Source: an uncultured Gemmatimonadales bacterium
GTDB taxonomy: Bacteria; Gemmatimonadota; Gemmatimonadetes; Gemmatimonadales; Gemmatimonadaceae
Length of the DNA: 64,000 bases
Reading direction: 5' to 3'
Assembly: GCA_963851265.1 (NCBI GenBank)
Contig: CAWKNZ010000006.1
Span: 140,130 to 204,129, forward strand
Shown in pieces: positions 60,175-64,000 of the stretch. How positions within the stretch are numbered: the first letter of the stretch is position 1; every line of letters starts with the position of its first letter. Made by a program: the position numbers and the translations under genes. Below the pieces are notes generated by a model that worked only from the letters and a program-made list of their open reading frames with translations, did not search any database and was not told the DNA's origin.

Positions 60175-60291
60175 GCTGTTCGCGTTCGGACAGCGCCGTC
60201 CCGCGGTCGGACACGCCCGGCGCCGCGGGTGGCTTCGTAAGTCGTTGCGATTGAACGGCGTCCGCCCCGTGACGGGCGGTACGGGAGTTGT
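60175..60291 (+). promoter_or_regulatory. Candidate sigma54 promoter with two upstream activator sites and an IHF-like site
   Basis: Quasi-palindromes GCTGTTCGCGTTCGGACAGC (60175-60194) and CGTCCCGCGGTCGGACAC (60197-60214). TAAGTCGTTG near 60238-60247 reads CAA-N4-TTA on the minus strand. CGGTACGGGAGTTGT gives GG-N10-GT at 60278-60291. Confidence 0.45.
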
Positions 60292-60348
60292 CGTGTGGGG
60301 GCGCGTTCTCGTGTCACCGCCCGCCCGCTTTTCCGCCCGACGCTGTTC

Positions 60349-61650
60349 GTGGACATCGCCCGCCCCAAGCGCAAGAAATCGCTCCGCAACGCTCTGATCG
60401 CCGCCGCGCTCGCGCTCGCGGCGGTCGCGACCGCGGCGCTGGCGCGGCTCGAGCCCGCAGCGCCGACGGTGGAGCGCGCGACGCTGTGGATCGACACCGT
60501 GCGGCGGGGGTCGCTGGTGCGGCAGGTGCGCGCGCCGGGGACGCTCGTGCCCGAGCACGTGCGCCTCATCTCGGCACTGACGCAGGGGCGCGTGGAGCAG
60601 ATCCGCGTGCGTCCGGGCGCGGCGGTCGAGGCGGGCACGGTGATCCTCGAACTCTCGAACCCCGACGTGCAGCTGCAGTTGCTCGACGCGGAACGCCAGC
60701 TCGGGGCCGCACAGGCCAACCTCGTGAGCCTGCGGACGCAGCTCGAGACGCAGCGGCTCGCGCAGCAGTCGGCGGTCGCGGCGCTGCAGAACGAGTTCGC
60801 CGAGGCGCGGCGGACGTCCGAGGGGTTCGACACGTTAGGCCGCCGCGGGCTGGCGAGCGGCTACGAGGTGCAGAACGCGCGGGAGAAGGCGAGCTCGCTC
60901 GCGCTGCGGCGCGACATCGAGCAGCGGCGGCTGGCGCTGGCGGCGAGCACGATCGGGCAGCAGCTCTCGCTCGAGGAGGCGAACGTCGGCCGCATGCGCG
61001 CGGTGGCCGAGTTCCAGCGGCAGCGGCTCGCGTCGATGCGCGTGACCGCGGGCGAGGCGGGGGTGCTGCAGAGCATGGACCTCGACTTCGGGCAGTGGGT
61101 GCTGCCGGGGCAGGTGCTCGCGCGCGTGGCGCAGCCGGGGCGGCTGAAGGCCGTGCTGCGCGTGCCCGAGACGCAGGCCAAGGACGTCGCGGTCGGGCAG
61201 CCGGTGGCGGTCGACACGCGCACCGGCTCCGCGAACGGCGACCAGCGCGCGGGGCAGGCCGTGGCGACGGGCGGGGCGACCGGGGTGATGCCGGGGCACG
61301 TGATGCGCGTCGACCCGTCGGTGCAGAACGGCACGGTCGCCGTCGAGGTCGCGCTCGACGGGCCGCTGCCGCCGGGCGCGCGCGCGGACCTCTCGGTGGA
61401 CGGCACGGTCGAGATCGAGCGGCTGCCGGACGTGCTCTCGGTCGGGCGCCCGGCGTACGGCCAGCCGGAGAGCACGGTCGGGATCTTCCGGCTCACGGCG
61501 GACGGCGGCGCGGCCGAGCGGGTGCGCGTCACGTTAGGCCGCGCCTCGGTGAACGCGGTCGAGGTGGTCCGCGGGCTCCGGCCGGGCGACCGGGTGATCG
61601 TCTCGGACGTGTCGCAGTACGACGCGCAGGACCGGTTACGGATCCGGTGA
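60349..61650 (+). CDS. Efflux RND/MacA-type periplasmic adaptor subunit
   Basis: N-terminal membrane anchor, VRAPGTLVPE, a coiled-coil hairpin, RVDPSVQNGTV and GLRPGDRVIVSD. Confidence 0.9.
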   Translation: MDIARPKRKKSLRNALIAAALALAAVATAALARLEPAAPTVERATLWIDTVRRGSLVRQVRAPGTLVPEHVRLISALTQGRVEQIRVRPGAAVEAGTVILELSNPDVQLQLLDAERQLGAAQANLVSLRTQLETQRLAQQSAVAALQNEFAEARRTSEGFDTLGRRGLASGYEVQNAREKASSLALRRDIEQRRLALAASTIGQQLSLEEANVGRMRAVAEFQRQRLASMRVTAGEAGVLQSMDLDFGQWVLPGQVLARVAQPGRLKAVLRVPETQAKDVAVGQPVAVDTRTGSANGDQRAGQAVATGGATGVMPGHVMRVDPSVQNGTVAVEVALDGPLPPGARADLSVDGTVEIERLPDVLSVGRPAYGQPESTVGIFRLTADGGAAERVRVTLGRASVNAVEVVRGLRPGDRVIVSDVSQYDAQDRLRIR

Positions 61651-61663
61651 CCCTCATTCTCCC

Positions 61664-62386
61664 ATGGCTTCCCTCCTCTCGCTCGACGGCGTCCAGAAGG
61701 TCTTCCTCACCGACGAGGTCGAGACGCACGCCCTGTCCGCGGTGCACCTCGCGATCGGCGAGGGCGAGTACGTGGCGATCGCCGGCCCCTCGGGGTGCGG
61801 CAAGACGACGCTGCTCTCGATCCTCGGCCTGCTGGACACGCCGAGTGGGGGCACGTACACGCTCGCGGGGCAGGACGTGACCACGCTGGACGCGGTCGGG
61901 CGGGCGCGGGTCCGCAACCGGCAGATCGGGTTCGTGTTCCAGGCGTTCAACCTGATCGGGGACCTGACGGTGTACGAGAACGTCGAGCTGCCGCTGACGT
62001 ACCGGTCCGGAGAGTACGCGTTGGGCGCGGCGGAGCGGCGGCGGCGCGTCACCGCGGCGCTCGAGCGGGTAGGGATGGGTCACCGGCAGCGACACTACCC
62101 CGCGCAGCTTTCGGGCGGCCAGCAGCAGCGGGTGGCGGTGGCGCGCGCGGTGGTCGGCGACCCGGCGATCGTGTTGGCGGACGAGCCCACGGGCAACCTC
62201 GACAGCGCCAACGGCGAGAGCGTGATGGAGCTGTTGAAGGAGTTGCACCGCGGCGGCGCGACGGTGTGCATGGTGACGCACGACCCGCGGTACGCGCTGC
62301 ACGCGGAGCGGACCGTGCACCTGTTCGACGGGCGGGTGGTGGAGGAGACCGTGAACGACCCGGCGGCGGCGCTGCGGGCCGACTGA
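61664..62386 (+). CDS. ABC transporter ATP-binding protein (MacB/LolD-like)
   Basis: [42 protein letters not shown] and VTHD. Confidence 0.95.
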   Translation: MASLLSLDGVQKVFLTDEVETHALSAVHLAIGEGEYVAIAGPSGCGKTTLLSILGLLDTPSGGTYTLAGQDVTTLDAVGRARVRNRQIGFVFQAFNLIGDLTVYENVELPLTYRSGEYALGAAERRRRVTAALERVGMGHRQRHYPAQLSGGQQQRVAVARAVVGDPAIVLADEPTGNLDSANGESVMELLKELHRGGATVCMVTHDPRYALHAERTVHLFDGRVVEETVNDPAAALRAD

Positions 62387-64000
62387 TGCTGCACGCCATC
62401 CTGCGCGACCTCCGCTTCGCCGCCCGGATGCTCCGCAGGAGCCCGGTCTTCACCGTTGTGGCGGTGCTCGTCATCACGCTCGGCACGGGCGCGGTGACGA
62501 CGATCTTCAGCGCGGCGAACGCGATCGCGCTGCGTCCGCTCCCGGGCGTGTCGGACGTCGGCGGCCTCGTCGAAGTGCATCGCACGCTGGCCGACGGCAC
62601 CGGCGAGGGCACCGGCTCGGATTGGGCGTCGTACCCGTACTACCGGTTCCTCCGCGACGGCGCCCGGGCGCGTCCGGCGGCGGACGTCGCCGCCTGGGCG
62701 ATGATGCCGCTCACGATCAGCACGGGGCGCGAAGGCATCGCCGCCCAGGGCACCCTCGCGTCGGGGAACTACTTCGGCGTACTGCGGGTGCGGCCGGCGC
62801 TCGGACGCTTCTTCACGCCCGACGAGGACGGCGCGCCGGGCGCACACCCGGTGGTCGTGATCTCGCACGACTTCTGGACGACGCGGTTCGCCGGCGATTC
62901 GGGCGTGATCGGTCGCACCGTGCGGCTGAACGGGAACGCGTTCACCGTCGTCGGCGTCGCGCCGCCCATGTTCCACGGCGTGTACGCTCCGCTGCGCACC
63001 GACGCGTGGGTGCCGCTGGCGATGCAGCGGCTGCTGGGGCGGGGCAGCGACCTCCTCACGGACCCGCACCCCACGTGGCTCCAGCTCGTCGCGCGGGTGC
63101 GGCGCGGCGTCGGCCGGGACGTGCTCCAGCGCGAGCTGTCGCGCCTCACGGCGCAGTGGGCCGCGGACGGGAACGAGCCGGTCGACTACCGGCGCTTCAC
63201 GGCGGCCCGCCTCTCGTCGCTGTCGGGCCTTCCGTCCGACCTCCACGGCCGGGTCCTGGGATTCCTCGCGCTCCTGCTCGGCGCGTCGGGGCTCGTGCTG
63301 CTCATCGCGAGCGTCAACGTCGCCGCGATGTTGCTGGCGCGCGCCGTCGCCCGCCGGCGCGAAACGGCGGTGCGGCTGGCGCTCGGCGCGACGCGCGGCC
63401 GCCTCGTCCGGCAGCTGCTCACCGAGAGCCTGCTGCTCTACGCGCTCGGCGCGGCGGGCGGCGTGCTGGTCGCGGTGAACGCGACGCGCCTGCTCGCGCA
63501 CGTTCCGATGCCGGTGAACACGCCGTTCGTCGTCGGCGACCTGTCGCCGGACGCGCGCGTGCTCGCCTTCACGCTCGTGGTGTCGCTCGCCACCGGCGTC
63601 GCCTTCGGCCTCGCGCCGGCGCTGCAGGCGGCACGGGTCGACGTCAACACGCGCCTGCGCAACGACACCGCCGGCGCCGGCTCGCGGCGCTCCACCGCGC
63701 GGGGCGTGCTCATCGCCGGCCAGGTGGCGGTCTCGCTCCTGCTGCTCGTCACCGCGGGGCTTTTCCTGCGGGCGCTCGACCGGGGCCGCCGCGTGGACGT
63801 CGGGTTCGACCCGTCCAACGTGGCGGTCGCCGACTTCGACGTCTGGACGTACGGCTACGACGACGCGAAGGTGCGCCTCTTCTATCGCGCGGTGAAGGAC
63901 GACATGGCGCGGAGGCCGGGCGTGGTCGCCGTCTCGTACACGGGCGACCTCCCGTTGACCATGCACTACACCGTCGACCTGGACATCGACGGGTCGGCGG
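62386..64000 (+). CDS. MacB-like (ADOP-type) ABC transporter permease, 3' end outside the window
   Basis: Manual translation from ATG 62386: MLHAILRDLRFAARMLRRSPVFTVVAVLVITLG..., later VLLIASVNVAAMLLARAVARRRETAVRLALGA and QVAVSLLLLVTAGLFLR. No stop before the window end. Confidence 0.9.
   Translation, partial: MLHAILRDLRFAARMLRRSPVFTVVAVLVITLGTGAVTTIFSAANAIALRPLPGVSDVGGLVEVHRTLADGTGEGTGSDWASYPYYRFLRDGARARPAADVAAWAMMPLTISTGREGIAAQGTLASGNYFGVLRVRPALGRFFTPDEDGAPGAHPVVVISHDFWTTRFAGDSGVIGRTVRLNGNAFTVVGVAPPMFHGVYAPLRTDAWVPLAMQRLLGRGSDLLTDPHPTWLQLVARVRRGVGRDVLQRELSRLTAQWAADGNEPVDYRRFTAARLSSLSGLPSDLHGRVLGFLALLLGASGLVLLIASVNVAAMLLARAVARRRETAVRLALGATRGRLVRQLLTESLLLYALGAAGGVLVAVNATRLLAHVPMPVNTPFVVGDLSPDARVLAFTLVVSLATGVAFGLAPALQAARVDVNTRLRNDTAGAGSRRSTARGVLIAGQVAVSLLLLVTAGLFLRALDRGRRVDVGFDPSNVAVADFDVWTYGYDDAKVRLFYRAVKDDMARRPGVVAVSYTGDLPLTMHYTVDLDIDGSA

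Noticed and set aside
229..61539. bldA-like translational control by rare TTA codons as the explanation of GTTAGGC
   Set aside because: The same motif also occurs as CCT-AAC on the coding strand, as a stop codon and intergenically, and its flanking bases are fixed. This points to a DNA-level signal.
229..61539. TTAGGC equals the nematode telomere repeat; possible contamination or telomere-like array
   Set aside because: Copies are single, dispersed and embedded in frame within intact bacterial genes, and never tandem.
1..64000. Many long alternative-frame and antisense ORFs in the ORF track (e.g. 13579..16803 -, 37439..40192 +, 7494..9488 +)
   Set aside because: They are Arg/Ala/Pro-rich shadows of real genes, expected at this GC content because stop codons are scarce, and they show no recognisable motifs.
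1..64000. CRISPR array, tRNA, rRNA or insertion sequence
   Set aside because: I saw no regularly spaced direct repeats, RNA gene signatures, transposase ORFs or terminal inverted repeats with target duplications. Small ncRNAs cannot be excluded by eye.

Overview
Very GC-rich bacterial chromosomal DNA. SusC/SusD pairs, PEP-CTERM proteins and an ADOP-type permease suggest Gemmatimonadota (inference). In order, the window holds: the end of a histidine kinase; an acyl-CoA dehydrogenase; several secreted hydrolases; a PEP-CTERM protein; a ROK regulator divergent from a complete beta-mannan utilization locus (acetylesterase, SusC, SusD, SSS symporter, GH130 phosphorylase, cellobiose 2-epimerase, GH26, GH3, GH27); an alditol oxidase-like gene; two esterases; a starch SusCD locus with two GH13 enzymes; a divergent GH2 / clan GH-A pair; an aldo-keto reductase; an expanded phosphate uptake cluster (pstS-pstS-porin-pstC-pstA-pstB-pstB-phoU); a Cre-like tyrosine recombinase coupled to a DUF4403-like gene; small envelope proteins; a frameshifted LLM monooxygenase; and a MacAB-like efflux operon running off the end. 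The most unusual signal is a heptamer, GTTAGGC/GCCTAAC. By manual count it occurs 20 times, plus 6 GTTAGNC variants, on both strands and mostly inside genes, where it imposes otherwise rare codons (TTA, CCT, ACT, TAA). This resembles a HIP1- or DNA-uptake-sequence-like genome mark. Other observations: Pho-box-like repeats shared between the pst genes and the recombinase promoter, a REP-like family, and strong hairpins after both susD genes. All product calls come from motif recognition, not database searches, and many start codons are my estimates.
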